A stretch of 63,756 nucleotides of DNA, filler included, from Octopus bimaculoides (GCF_001194135.2; 4 parts of 4 records of this genome joined end to end with filler, not necessarily neighbours in it), one strand, 5' to 3'; positions 22,990-34,968 are shown, counted from the whole stretch's first letter. Made by a program: numbers and translations. The notes: generated from the sequence alone by a model not told the origin.

Positions 22990-23190
22990 TACACCCTCCA
23001 CTTCACAGCCGACATTGGTCTGTTTGTACCCGTAACTTAGTAGTTGGGCAAAAAAGACCGATAGAAGAAGTATCAGGCTTTTGAAAACAAACGTAAGTAT
23101 TAGGCCAATGTATTTGGCTAATTCCATTCAAGGTGGTTTCCCAGTATGACCGTAGTCTAATGAATGTTACAAGTAAAAGATAATAGATAA
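22990..23190 (+). mobile_element. SINE family B 3' half
   Basis: CCGTAACTTAG...AAAAGACCGATAGAAGAAGTATCAGGC...GTGGTTTCCCAGTATGACCGTAGTCTAATGA. Confidence 0.7.
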
Positions 23191-23668
23191 AAGGCAAACT
23201 ATTTAGTTGCTTCTTATGAAAAACAGATACGCGCATCTTGTCTAAAACCAGGATACATGTAGTGCACGTGTATTTGTGTGGTGTCATAAATGGAGATAAA
23301 CAGAGGAGCAACACTCACCTGACACACTATCCAATAAATGTTTGAATTTTCAAATAAGTCATCTAGTGATTCCACTTTTTACAACAGTACATGTTTACAG
23401 TGAAACCTACGGAGGACCACAGTGTAGACACGTTCCTTGACATTTTGGGTGGCATATTTATTAGTCTCATGGTCCTCGCTCCCTCGAACCTATGAATACA
23501 TCTATACACATTTATACGAAGGCATTCGCATATATATTCACATATATTTGCATATATACTCTCCCTGGTATACGTTCTTTCAAGGAAATTAAGCAGGGCA
23601 TTTTAGTTTAAAATGTTGATAACCTGCTGCTTAGACCTTGTTGCGTATATATATATATATATATACAT

Positions 23669-23753
<85 letters not shown>

Positions 23754-24534
23754 CATACGCATATATATACACACGCATGTGTATACGACTATATAATATA
23801 TATATATATATGTTCGNNNNNNNNNNNNNNNNNNNNNNNNNNNNNNNNNNNNNNNNNNNNNNNNNNNNNNNNNNNNNNNNNNNNNNNNNNNNNNNNNNNN
23901 NNNNNNNNNNNNNNNNNNNNNNNNNNNNNNNNNNNNNNNNNNNNNNNNNNNNNNNNNNNNNNNNNNNNNNNNNNNNNNNNNNNNNNNNNNNNNNNNNNNN
24001 NNNNNNNNNNNNNNNNNNNNNNNNNNNNNNNNNNNNNNNNNNNNNNNNNNNNNNNNNNNNNNNNNNNNNNNNNNNNNNNNNNNNNNNNNNNNNNNNNNNN
24101 NNNNNNNNNNNNNNNNNNNNNNNNNNNNNNNNNNNNNNNNNNNNNNNNNNNNNNNNNNNNNNNNNNNNNNNNNNNNNNNNNNNNNNNNNNNNNNNNNNNN
24201 NNNNNNNNNNNNNNNNNNNNNNNNNNNNNNNNNNNNNNNNNNNNNNNNNNNNNNNNNNNNNNNNNNNNNNNNNNNNNNNNNNNNNNNNNNNNNNNNNNNN
24301 NNNNNNNNNNNNNNNNNNNNNNNNNNNNNNNNNNNNNNNNNNNNNNNNNNNNNNNNNNNNNNNNNNNNNNNNNNNNNNNNNNNNNNNNNNNNNNNNNNNN
24401 NNNNNNNNNNNNNNNNNNNNNNNNNNNNNNNNNNNNNNNNNNNNNNNNNNNNNNNNNNNNNNNNNNNNNNNNNNNNNNNNNNTGTGTGTGTGTGTGTGTT
24501 GTTGCTATTGTAGTTTATGATAAAAACAGTATCG

Positions 24535-24650
24535 ATGATGACAGTGATAGTGATTATTATGTTAATGATGATGATGATGATGACAGTGGTAGTGATGATG
24601 ATGTTAATGATGGCAATGATGACGATGATGATGATGATGATGATGATGTT
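24535..24650. repeat. (GAT)n trinucleotide repeat
   Basis: Direct sequence. Confidence 0.9.
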
Positions 24651-25429
24651 TTACTAAAGTTGCTATTTTTGTTATCGCTTCAGAAGTAAGACGACAAATT
24701 TAGAATCAATCTGGTGTAATCTGGTGCTGAAGCTCCTCTGCTAACAGTACCCTTTCCCTATCCCCCCTCTCTCTATCTATCTGTCTGTCTGTCTCTCTCT
24801 CTCTGTGTCTCACCTACTCACTCTTTATATCTTTCTCTCTTTATCTCTTTCTTTCTTTCTCTCTTTATCTCTTTCTTTCTTTCTCTCTCTACTTAAAACT
24901 ATTTTATGTAATTGATTCCTCCGTCACAAAGTAAGACCAAAATAGCACCGTGTTTCCAGATATATCGGGAGATGACAGCAACACAGTGTATCCACATTAG
25001 ACGTAAGGAGACGAACGCAGCAGCATAAATATTAAGCGCTTTTTCGAGAACTCTGTGGTACATGTTCGATTGTCCGCTGTCGTTTTGCCATTCATGCTGC
25101 TGATTGTTGATATAGATATAAAAAGACATCACGGAATACACTGACCTGTATGATCATGTAAGTATCTATTTCGGCATCAGTAAGACTTATCCAGGATAAG
25201 TTTAAAACAACAATTGCAGCAGTGACGACAGCAGCGACTGCAGTAACAACAGCAGCAGCGATAACAGCATCAACTTTTTTGTCCGTTTGAATTGGGAATT
25301 CCCACAAAATCTTACATTCCTCCGACTCCCGTACATTTTCAACTCGATGATTGTACCATGTGTTTCCAGTCTCAAATCCCCATTTCTAGCACAGTTTCCA
25401 ATGTAAATTTTTTACATTTTGGCCGTGCC

Positions 25430-25430
<1 letters not shown>

Positions 25431-25475
<45 letters not shown>

Positions 25476-25495
25476 GTGTTGTTGTTGTTGTTGTT
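25431..25495. repeat. (TAT)n/(TGT)n repeat
   Basis: Direct sequence. Confidence 0.95.
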
Positions 25496-25974
25496 TTTTC
25501 TTCTTTCTTCAAATTTTCTTCCATTTCTCGCCAAGTGTTTTCCGTACACCTAGGGCAGAGAAGCTCATTGTATGCATTCCCAGTTTACACACGCAAATTC
25601 ACAGGTAAAATATGTATTAAAAAAAAATTAATAAATAAATAAATTCATGAATGGATGTCGTTTCAACAGCGATAATGCTCTTCTCAGTACATGAGTCGTT
25701 CCAGTTAACACGATTTTTTGCACTTCCTNNNNNNNNNNNNNNNNNNNNNNNNNNNNNNNNNNNNNNNNNNNNNNNNNNNNNNNNNNNNNNNNNNNNNNNN
25801 NNNNNNNNNNNNNNNNNNNNNNNNNNNNNNNNNNNNNNNNNNNNNNNNNNNNNNNNNNNNNNNNNNNNNNNNNNNNNNNNNNNNNNNNNNNNNNNNNNNN
25901 NNNNNNNNNNNNNNNNNNNNNNNCCCTCCAATCCCACACACTACTTTTCTAAGATAGATAGTTACTCATAATAA

Positions 25975-26735
25975 AAAGGAGTACCGGTAGAATGTCCTAG
26001 TGAAGTCCCCAATAAAATGTAAGCACAATAGACCTGATATGATGATCTGGGATAGAGAAGAGAAACTGCACAGCTGTGGAAATTAGCTGCCCAGCGGATG
26101 TTAACATATGCTGAACTACGCTGAACTATTGAGAAATCTGAAGTTACTCATCCAGATTACAAGTTCAGGTTTATACCTGTAATTATTGGGGCAATGGGAT
26201 ACGTAATACACTGCCTAAATACCAATCTTGAGAAATTAAGCCTCTCATAACCAGAAAGGAGAAAGCTAATTCAAAGACTACAGATCCAATCCATCACTTG
26301 TACTATAAAAATCTGTAAAACTTTCCAAAGGTTTATCTTTTTTCTAATATATATGAGCATGTCTAGATATGCAACTATACGCCTGAGAATGCATACATAA
26401 AGCAAAACATACAAATCTACACATATACATACATACTCACATACAAACAAAAATACCCTGTTGTTGATATTGAAATTCCAATGAAGGAGCCTTGAATCTA
26501 GGTTAGAAACCGGCTCTTTATTGGCAAGAAATCTTGAAATAAAACTGAACAATTATATACCATACATACATACATACATGCATACATACATACATGCATA
26601 CATACATACATGCATACATACATACATGCATACATACATATCCTCTTGATGTTGAAGTTCTAATGACTAAGCCTTGGATATAGGTTAGAAACCAGCTCTT
26701 TCTATATTGACAAGAAATCTTGAAATAAAACATGC
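25975..26735 (+). mobile_element. R4/Dong-like non-LTR retrotransposon 3' end (restriction-like endonuclease plus duplicated 3' UTR)
   Basis: KCKHNRPDMMIWDREEKL/TAVEISCPADVNI...YAELLRNL...FIPVIIGAMG...RLQIQSI.TIKICKTF is the RPD..E RLE motif. A 3' module occurs twice (~26460-26550, ~26645-26735), separated by (CATA)n. Confidence 0.75.
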
Positions 26736-26822
26736 ACAACGTCTCACACACAAACGCGCCCATACATATATATACATGCATACACACACGTACATAAATG
26801 CACACAAACACACATGCGCAAT

Positions 26823-26853
<31 letters not shown>

Positions 26854-26882
26854 CACATACATATATATATATATATACATAC

Positions 26883-26925
<43 letters not shown>

Positions 26926-28295
26926 NNNNNNNNNNNNNNNNNNNNNNNNNNNNNNNNNNNNNNNNNNNNNNNNNNNNNNNNNNNNNNNNNNNNNNNNNNN
27001 NNNNNNNNNNNNNNNNNNNNNNNNNNNNNNNNNNNNNNNNNNNNNNNNNNNNNNNNNNNNNNNNNNNNNNNNNNNNNNNNNNNNNNNNNNNNNNNNNNNN
27101 NNNNNNNNNNNNNNNNNNNNNNNNNNNNNNNNATATATATATATATATATATATACGGGCTCACGATAACAGATGTGTATGTGTTTTTTTTATGCCCGTG
27201 CGTATGTAAATAGTGAGAGATAAGAGACTTAGAGAGAGAGGGGAAGAGAATTTTCCTGCGTGTGAATGGACTTTAGTGTATTTATGTAGACTCATAAAAG
27301 AGATGGAAAAATATAGACGGTGCATCTATGGGAGAAGGGCGTCGAGTGACATGGAGAAGTTGTAAGAGGGTGAATAAAAAGTCAATGAAAGTAACCGTGA
27401 GAGAGAAACAGAGAGGGAAATGGAAGTTAGAGAGACCGTGAGATATAGGGATAGAGATTGGGTTGGTTCGAGTGGTTTGTGAGAAGAAAATAATTTGGCG
27501 AACATTTCTATCTTTCTTCACAGTTCCAGACTTACGTTCAAAGGAAAGAGCTTCAAATTTGTTTTGTTTATTTGATCCTTCTCTTCTCGAGTGTTCCACA
27601 AACAGTTAATTAATATAATTTAAGAATTGTAATCGCCTGCTTTAAACAAACATATATATTTTATATACGGCTTCAACAAAGACGAAATCCCTTCACCTGT
27701 CTACTGAAGACACTTTCGGACAGCATGGACGTTACCAGGAAATGTACGGATTATTATGACCCAAATTATACACAGATTTTTTCCTTCTGTTATCCACGCA
27801 GCCCACATCTCAAGCCCATGTGCGATTGTTACCATTTCAACTATGCAGCAAAATGTTTCTTTGTTTCGGCTCTGATGTTCTTTGTTTCAGCTCTTTTTGC
27901 CATATCCATGATAAAACACATCAGGTTCCTTAAAGGATCATTGCACTACCATTCTTCCTGAGTGAAATGCTAACTAGTTATGTTATTGTTAATCTTGCTA
28001 CAAACACATGATACTCCATCTCCACTGAAAGCAGTGCACACTGTTATTCTTTATTCAATACGAGTTATACGCCTATTCTATGTTGTTATCCTTGGTCACC
28101 ACCATCTCAAAAACAGGAGATTTTTGATTTCGTTAAGATAAACCATGGCATCGCTGAGGAACACTTCCTACAAATCCGCATGCACCCTCCACTCATTACA
28201 ATGTTTAATAGTTATTTTACGCACGCATGCATACACGCACACAAATACACACACACACACACACATACACACACACACACATATATATATATGTG

Positions 28296-28384
28296 TGTAA
28301 AAATATGTGACACTTATTCGGTAGCCCTGTAAAACTATTTACATAATATCGAGGTCTCTTTCTATCTTTTGTTGTCCTCTCTAT

Positions 28385-28390
<6 letters not shown>
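28296..28390. repeat. Inverted-plus-direct fragment of the 18.3-18.6 kb pLTR family
   Basis: 28296-28326 is the reverse complement of 18530-18560 (1 mismatch); 28335-28390 is a direct copy of 18572-18622. Confidence 0.75.
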
Positions 28391-28426
<36 letters not shown>

Positions 28427-28452
28427 TCAATACATATAAGCATGCATATATA

Positions 28453-29204
28453 CAGGGTGCGATGGGTAAATTGTCGCTATTTTATATTTTTAATGTTGCA
28501 CATGCGCGTTGTTTGTTTTTGATTTCGTCGACTCTACGTTATAGTAGGGTCAGTTGGACAACGTCTGTGAGAATAGCAGCACCATGACGCAATTCACTCT
28601 GCCAGGAATTTGGAAACGACATGCTGCAATGCTTGGCATTCGCGCCGGTAGCTCCAATACTAATATTTCAGAGTGTTTGTGTGTCATTCGGAGGACAGTG
28701 CAATCTGAGGAAATGTACCGAGAGTGATAAGAATCAAACATCCAGTCAATATCATGGTGTCTGGAGTGATCACTAGTGATGGCGATGTTATGCCTCCATT
28801 TATCTTCCCACACAGCCTCAGACTCAACACGGTGCCCTACATCAAGTGCCTGGAGGACGTAGTGCTGCCCTGGGTTAAGAGGGCGGCTGCTGGAAGACAA
28901 CAAGATGTGCACCATACCACACAAGCAGGAGAACCCTGTCATGGCTGTCAGACAATTTCTGCGACCTGATTACCCCTAACATTGGCCACCTGACTCCCCA
29001 GACTGCAACCCCCTTGCTTATTATGTGTGGGACGCAATTGAGCGAGAGACCAACAAAACTCCTTGTAATACCAAAGATGAACTGAAGGCAAGGATTATGG
29101 CAGTATTCACCAACTTAAACAAGAAGACCGTCCAGATGAGTTGCATGAGATTCCAAAGTCGTCTAGAGACCGTGGTTGAAGCCGATGGCGATTTTATTGA
29201 ATAA
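28453..29204 (+). mobile_element. DD37D (maT)-type Tc1/mariner element, internally deleted
   Basis: TA-CAGGGTG left end. Reads KHPVNIMVSGVITSDGDVMPPFIF...VLPWVK...QQD...WPPDSPDCNPL(A)YYVWDAIERETN...LKARI...RLETVVEADGDFIE*. Confidence 0.85.
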
Positions 29205-29625
29205 ATATTTTTTATTTTTTATTTAATTTTGGTAAATGTATCTCGTAAAATGAGATGCTAGTGTTATTTTCATTTTGGGGTAATTTAGACGAAAATATAT
29301 TCACACACACACACACACGCATACACATATGTGTATATGTNNNNNNNNNNNNNNNNNNNNNNNNNNNNNNNNNNNNNNNNNNNNNNNNNNNNNNNNNNNN
29401 NNNNNNNNNNNNNNNNNNNNNNNNNNNNNNNNNNNNNNNNNNNNNNNNNNNNNNNNNNNNNNNNNNNNNNNNNNNNNNNNNNNNNNNNNNNNNNNNNNNN
29501 NNNNNNNNNNNNNNNNNNNNNNNNNNNNNNNNNNNNNNNNNNNNNNNNNNNNNNNNNNNNATATAATAGCCTACTTGCAAATGTACTTACGTATGTATAT
29601 TATGGGTATTTGGATATCACATATA

Positions 29626-30250
29626 CGAGGTCTGTTCAATAGGTATCCGGACTGTTGCCATAGTAACGAAGCTAATGCTAGCAGAGTGAAACGGCTAAAC
29701 AAAGATTGACCTTGAACTCTGCTGTGCATACGAAGTTTTAACGTTCTAGCTCACTTCCACTGTTTACAGCAGTGCTTGGAAGAAAGGTGCGTGGCGTGTA
29801 ATCGTCGCATTAGCCATGGCAGAAAAAGTTGTCATGGTGATACTTGCTCCGAGGTTTATGCAAAGTTGCAGAAAGCGTATGGAGAGGAGTTTATGAGCCG
29901 CACCCAAGTGTACAAGTGGTGCAGACGTTTCGAAGATGTCTGAAAAAATCTCAATATTGAGGAATGTTCTGGGAGACCTGCAACCAGCAGAAGTGAGAAC
30001 AACATCGCTGATGTGCGTGCAACTATGAGGGGAAATCGTCGAATCAGCATCGTTGAATTATCAGAGGATGTGTAAATTAGTTACGGTTCAGTTCAGTCCA
30101 TTATCAATGAAGATTTGGGTATGAGACGCGTGTCTGCCCTGTTTGTGCCAAAAACACACTCGAGTTTCAGTTGCATAAGATCTCCTTAATTGCTTTACTC
30201 TGCTTGCTTTCACTTCGTTACTATGGCAACAGTCCGGATACTTATTGATC
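29626..30250 (+). mobile_element. Internally deleted mariner with long (~60 bp) TIRs
   Basis: TA-CGAGGTCTGTTCAATAGGTATCCGGACTGTTGCCATAGTAACGAAG... and its reverse complement at ~30195-30250. Interior encodes only the HTH part (YGEEFMSRTQVYKWCRRF...SGRPATS). Confidence 0.85.
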
Positions 30251-30558
30251 NNNNNNNNNNNNNNNNNNNNNNNNNNNNNNNNNNNNNNNNNNNNNNNNNN
30301 NNNNNNNNNNNNNNNNNNNNNNNNNNNNNNNNNNNNNNNNNNNNNNNNNNNNNNNNNNNNNNNNNNNNNNNNNNNNNNNNNNNNNNNNNNNNNNNNNNNN
30401 NNNNNNNNNNNNNNNNNNNNNNNNNNNNNNNNNNNNNNNNNNNNNNNNNNNNNNNNNNNNNNNNNNNNNNNNNNNNNNNNNNNNNNNNNNNNNNNNNNNN
30501 NNNNNNNNNNNNNNNNNNNNNNNNNNNNNNNNNNNNNNNNNNNNNNNNNNNNNNNNNN

Positions 30559-30604
<46 letters not shown>
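30559..30604. repeat. (AG)n microsatellite
   Basis: Direct sequence. Confidence 0.95.
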
Positions 30605-30607
<3 letters not shown>

Positions 30608-30876
30608 AACATACAGACAGGTAGAAACATTTTTAATCGGCAAAAAGTTACACGATTGATTCAACGCTTGGAAGTTACGTGCATGCTGCTTTATCAAATT
30701 TTTAAAGTTCGATAAGAGGCAGGCATGCATGCAACTTTCGACTTATGGGTCAGTTTCGTAACTTTCTGGTGATTAAAAGTAATAAAAACTATATATATAT
30801 ATTCATGTATTGAATTGTATTTCTCCAATCTATTCAACTAAAGCCGTACCCACACGCACACCAACTACACAATACA

Positions 30877-31035
30877 CCGCAGGTGTGGCTGTGTGGAAGA
30901 AGCTTGCTTCCTAATAACATGGGTCCGAGTTCAGTCCCACTGCATAGCACCTTGGGTGAGCGTCTTGTACTATAGTCTCGTGCCGACCAAGTTGTGAGTG
31001 AATTTTGGTAGGCGGAAACTGAAAGAAACCCATCA
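30877..31035 (+). mobile_element. SINE family B 5' head (tRNA-derived)
   Basis: GGCTGTGTGG (A-box-like)...GAGTTCAGTCCC (B-box-like)...CACCTTGGG...GGCGGAAACTGAAAGAAACCC. Confidence 0.8.
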
Positions 31036-31042
31036 TATATAC

Positions 31043-31463
31043 AGTCTTTTTATTCTTTTACTTCTTCCAGTCATTAAACTACGGTTATGCTGGAGAAGCA
31101 CCTCGAAGAGATTTAATCGGAGAAATCGCCCCCGGTATTTATTTTTTAAAGCCGAGAATTTATTCTATCGGTATCTTTTGCCTAACCGTTAAGTTACGGA
31201 AACATAAACACACGAGCATCGGTTGTCAAGCGATGACGAGGGGATAAACACATACACATACACACACAAACACACATACATACAAACATACATACACACA
31301 CACAACTATATATATATAGATACATATACGACGTGCTTCTTTCAGTTTCCGTCTACCAAATCCACTCAGAAGGCTTCGGTCGGCCCCAAGTTATAATAGA
31401 AGACACTTGTCCAGAATGCCACGCAGTGGGTTTAAACTCAGAACCATGTGGTTGGGAAGCAAG
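31043..31463 (-). mobile_element. SINE family B, near full length with internal microsatellite
   Basis: Head (31325-31463), CA/TA tract (31250-31325) and tail (31043-31250) are all co-oriented. Confidence 0.85.
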
Positions 31464-31709
31464 NNNNNNNNNNNNNNNNNNNNNNNNNNNNNNNNNNNNN
31501 NNNNNNNNNNNNNNNNNNNNNNNNNNNNNNNNNNNNNNNNNNNNNNNNNNNNNNNNNNNNNNNNNNNNNNNNNNNNNNNNNNNNNNNNNNNNNNNNNNNN
31601 NNNNNNNNNNNNNNNNNNNNNNNNNNNNNNNNNNNNNNNNNNNNNNNNNNNNNNNNNNNNNNNNNNNNNNNNNNNNNNNNNNNNNNNNNNNNNNNNNNNN
31701 NNNNNNTAT

Positions 31710-31945
31710 ATATTTGTGCGTGTTTTGGTTCAATTCTGTGTTTGTCCCCCATCACCGCTTGATGACTGGTGTTGGTGTGTTTACGTCCCCGTAAATTGGT
31801 GGTCCGGCAAAAGAGACCGATAGAATTAAGTATCAGGCTTAAAAAATAAGTACTGGTGTCAATTCATTCAACTAAAAACTTCTTCAAGGTGGTGCCCCAC
31901 CATGGCTATGGTCTAATGACTAAAACAAATAAAAGATGAAAGGTT
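31710..31945 (+). mobile_element. SINE family B 3' half
   Basis: TTACGTCCCCGTAA...GGCAAAAGAGACCGATAGAA...GGTGGTGCCCCACCATGGC...TCTAATGACTAAAAC. Confidence 0.8.
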
Positions 31946-32169
31946 AAATACACACACACACACACACACGTTTAAGAAACCAGACGTCAGAAAAAAATAT
32001 GCACTTGTATATTTATCAATAGAGTGGACATATTAATCGAAGTGTACCGTATCATGTATCCATTACAGCTGATCTTATTAATCGGGTTTGCAGTAGGACT
32101 TCAACGGAGTGTTACGTAAGAGTCCGATTATGCAATCCTGTGCACTTCAAAGATGGCAATTATGGAATG

Positions 32170-32872
32170 AAATATGGGCTTAATGTCGCTATAGAAACCA
32201 ACAGTGGATTTCTTAGATGTGACGTTGAACTCGAAGTCCTGTATCTATAGACTCATTAGGAAGCTAAATAAGAGGCTATCATGTATTAATACAGGTTCTT
32301 GTTAGCCAGCCATTGTATTCAAGAGCCTGATAAAGTATATCAATAGAAGAATTTCAAACCTATATTCAAGGAAATGGATTTTTAACGACAACTCCCGACA
32401 CTATTATGAAGCCCTAGCCGCCAGTGGTTTTCAGGAAAGGATTCTTGTCCACTGAACGGTCACTGTAATTATGGAAACCTTCATATATGAGGCCAAGGTA
32501 ACATTAGGATCAAATGGGCAACCAAACTTTCGAAAGTACGTAGGATCAAATGAAGTCCTCTTTAGAACCCGATATAACAACCGCAAGTCCTCCTTCAATA
32601 TCTCGGGGAGACGAAACGCCTTAACCCTGACCAAGCAAATATAGGCGTTGGAAGAATGTACCACCGAATACAGCATAAAGGGAGGATATTAGAGAAATAT
32701 AAAATTTACTTCAAGAACAACAGGAAGTGTAGATTATGCCTGGCTGAGAGAAGAAACATATTTAAAGAACTCTCAACACCCAGACATCTATCTGAACTGG
32801 AGAAGTGAATTTTTTAATCCTTGCCCATATGAAATGAAATACATCCTATTATGTCTACGTGCCCCATCATGA
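32170..32872 (+). pseudogene. PLE RT C-terminus, linker and GIY-YIG endonuclease
   Basis: KYGLNVAIETN/VDFLDVTLN...PAIVFKSLIKYINRRISNL...YEALAASGF/CPLNGHC/FIYEAKV...KYVGSNEVLFRTRYNNRKSSF...CRLCLAE...LNWRSEFFNPCP; stops and frameshifts present. Confidence 0.9.
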
Positions 32873-33236
32873 CTCTATCTGCTAGTCCCCCCAGATTCGA
32901 CCCTCCCACCACCAATACAACAATCACAAACGAACATACATGTACTTATGCGGCTTTTGGGCAACTGCGTAACAATCACCATCCTCGAATACGCTACACA
33001 TATAGTATCAGAGCGCACATTCCAGTCTGACAAGAACACCAACACTGAAAACGTACACACATTTCCCATACACACTTTTTCGGAAGACTCATGGGAATGG
33101 TGTTTTGATTCCAAGGGACATATATTTTAACATGCCCTTACACGGTTCATTTCGTCGTCTTTCCACAACCACAAACCGGATGTGTCTCTTCACCTCCAAC
33201 AATAGAGAGCAGCTGCCATATTTCATTCCATAATTG

Positions 33237-33330
33237 CCATCTCTGAAGAGCGACAGTTACATAATCGAGTTGTTACTTAACACTCGATTGAACTTCTAGT
33301 GCGAAACCGATTGGTATGATCGGCCGTATA
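33237..33330 (+). ncRNA. Degenerate hammerhead-like motif in PLE pLTR
   Basis: CTGAAGA (33243), a long stem II containing AATCGAGTTGTTA/TAACACTCGATT, GAAA (33303) and stem III CCGAT/ATCGG. U16.1 is replaced by C and stem I cannot be recovered. Confidence 0.4.
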
Positions 33331-34769
33331 ATACTGTACAGTTCGATTTATACATGTGTGTGTATGTGTGTGCGTATCTTTTGAATTTCAGGGGGTTTTT
33401 TTCATTGCAGAATTCAAGCTGGTCACGAAGTGACAAGGCACATGGGATTTGTATTTATGTCAGCTAGTTAATGTATGCATATACAAGTGCGTGCGTGAAT
33501 AAAATTTTACTCATCTCTAAGTGAGCCCATAAAGTGTCAGTGTATGTGCTCCATTACTGTATATTCAATCCAGGAAATCCATACTGAGAACCTCTTAGAT
33601 GTTTTGAAATTTTTCTCTCTATTATTGATAAACTGTACTTGGTGTATGTGTTTACATATTGATGGATCTGTGAATGGATGAGTAATCGGCTAAATGGATC
33701 CATTCAGTCATCCCTCTGTTATCCATATATCATTTATTCTACCCCACAACTCCAGTCTGATTAATTGTTAAGCTCATTTCTCTCTCTCTTCTTCTCTCTT
33801 TTTTCTGCTCTCTCTCTTTCTCTCTCTGAGATACAACTGTGAGATAACCTTGTGTTTATCGGGATCGTTAAATACTAGAAGTCCATTTAAATTCCACCCA
33901 ACCACATACTGTTCACCGTGTCTTTCGCGCTTGCCACGCGCTTGTGCTATGCTGCAAATGTTTGCAACAGACCAAGAGTCTACAACTGTGCCAGTATTTC
34001 TGATAGTGAACCCCATACTTCAAAAACCCATGTATTGTAACACAATCCCTTGATAAAACAGTGATCAATGAGCTATACACAAGAACTCCTCGCCCCGGAA
34101 TCCTCAGTTTTCAGGTTCAAGTATAAGATTACAGAATCTGCTTGGCTGATGTAGTACATATCCTACCAAACAACATACAAAGCTTCCTCTAGCTCTTCAT
34201 CTGAGCGCAAAAAATATCACAGCGTTTGAGGAAAAGACCGAAGAATGTCACCTTCCGTCCCGACCTTTGCTCGATGAAAAGGATGGTATCCTATCCATCA
34301 GGCAAAGAAGCACTGTCGTTTGTGACACACCTCTTCTATTTCTTCCTCTTATCATTTAGTTGAAGAACCTACAGTGCTTACGAAGGATTAATTGCTGTGC
34401 TTGGTGGGTGTATTTAGATTAATGTTACTTAAGTCTGTTTTAGCTTGTGAAATCATAACCTGCATTTACTTAATTGAGGTTTCTCTTTGTTTCTAATCTA
34501 CAAAAACAGGCTGTATTAAAAGACTACCAAACAAAACAGAATGAACATTTTCAAGAGTACATGTATACCACAATAATATCTACGAATGAACTACATTTTC
34601 GACCTCAGTTTAGTGCAGTAGATGATCAAATGCTCTGAAACCCTTTGTTCTTAAAAAGAACATGAAAAATTATTTTTCCGTCGTGTAATCATGAATAAAA
34701 ATATCTTCTCAGCGGAGCTTTGTGATATGTGACCATTCACAGCAAACAGCAACAAAAACAACGAAAAAA

Positions 34770-34849
34770 AGTCAATAAGTATAATAATAGTCATAATAAT
34801 AATAATAATAATAACAACAACAATAATAATAATGAAAATATTAATAATG

Positions 34850-34948
<99 letters not shown>

Positions 34949-34968
34949 ACAACGACAACAACAACAAT
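34770..34968. repeat. (AAT)n/(AAC)n compound trinucleotide repeat
   Basis: Direct sequence. Confidence 0.95.

Larger units (their letters stand above)
32028..33345 (+). mobile_element. 5'-truncated Penelope-like element with inverted pLTR copy
   Basis: 32028-32178 aligns as an inverted copy of 33215-33345 and flanks a PLE RT-thumb/GIY-YIG ORF and its 3' UTR. Confidence 0.8.

Noticed and set aside
23613-24689. Long ORF with an acidic D-rich tail
   Set aside because: Made of TA repeats, an N-gap and (GAT)n.
33850-34380. Possible third PLE GIY-YIG remnant (CNRPR motif)
   Set aside because: Only faint motif resemblance; no YIG, R or E residues could be aligned.
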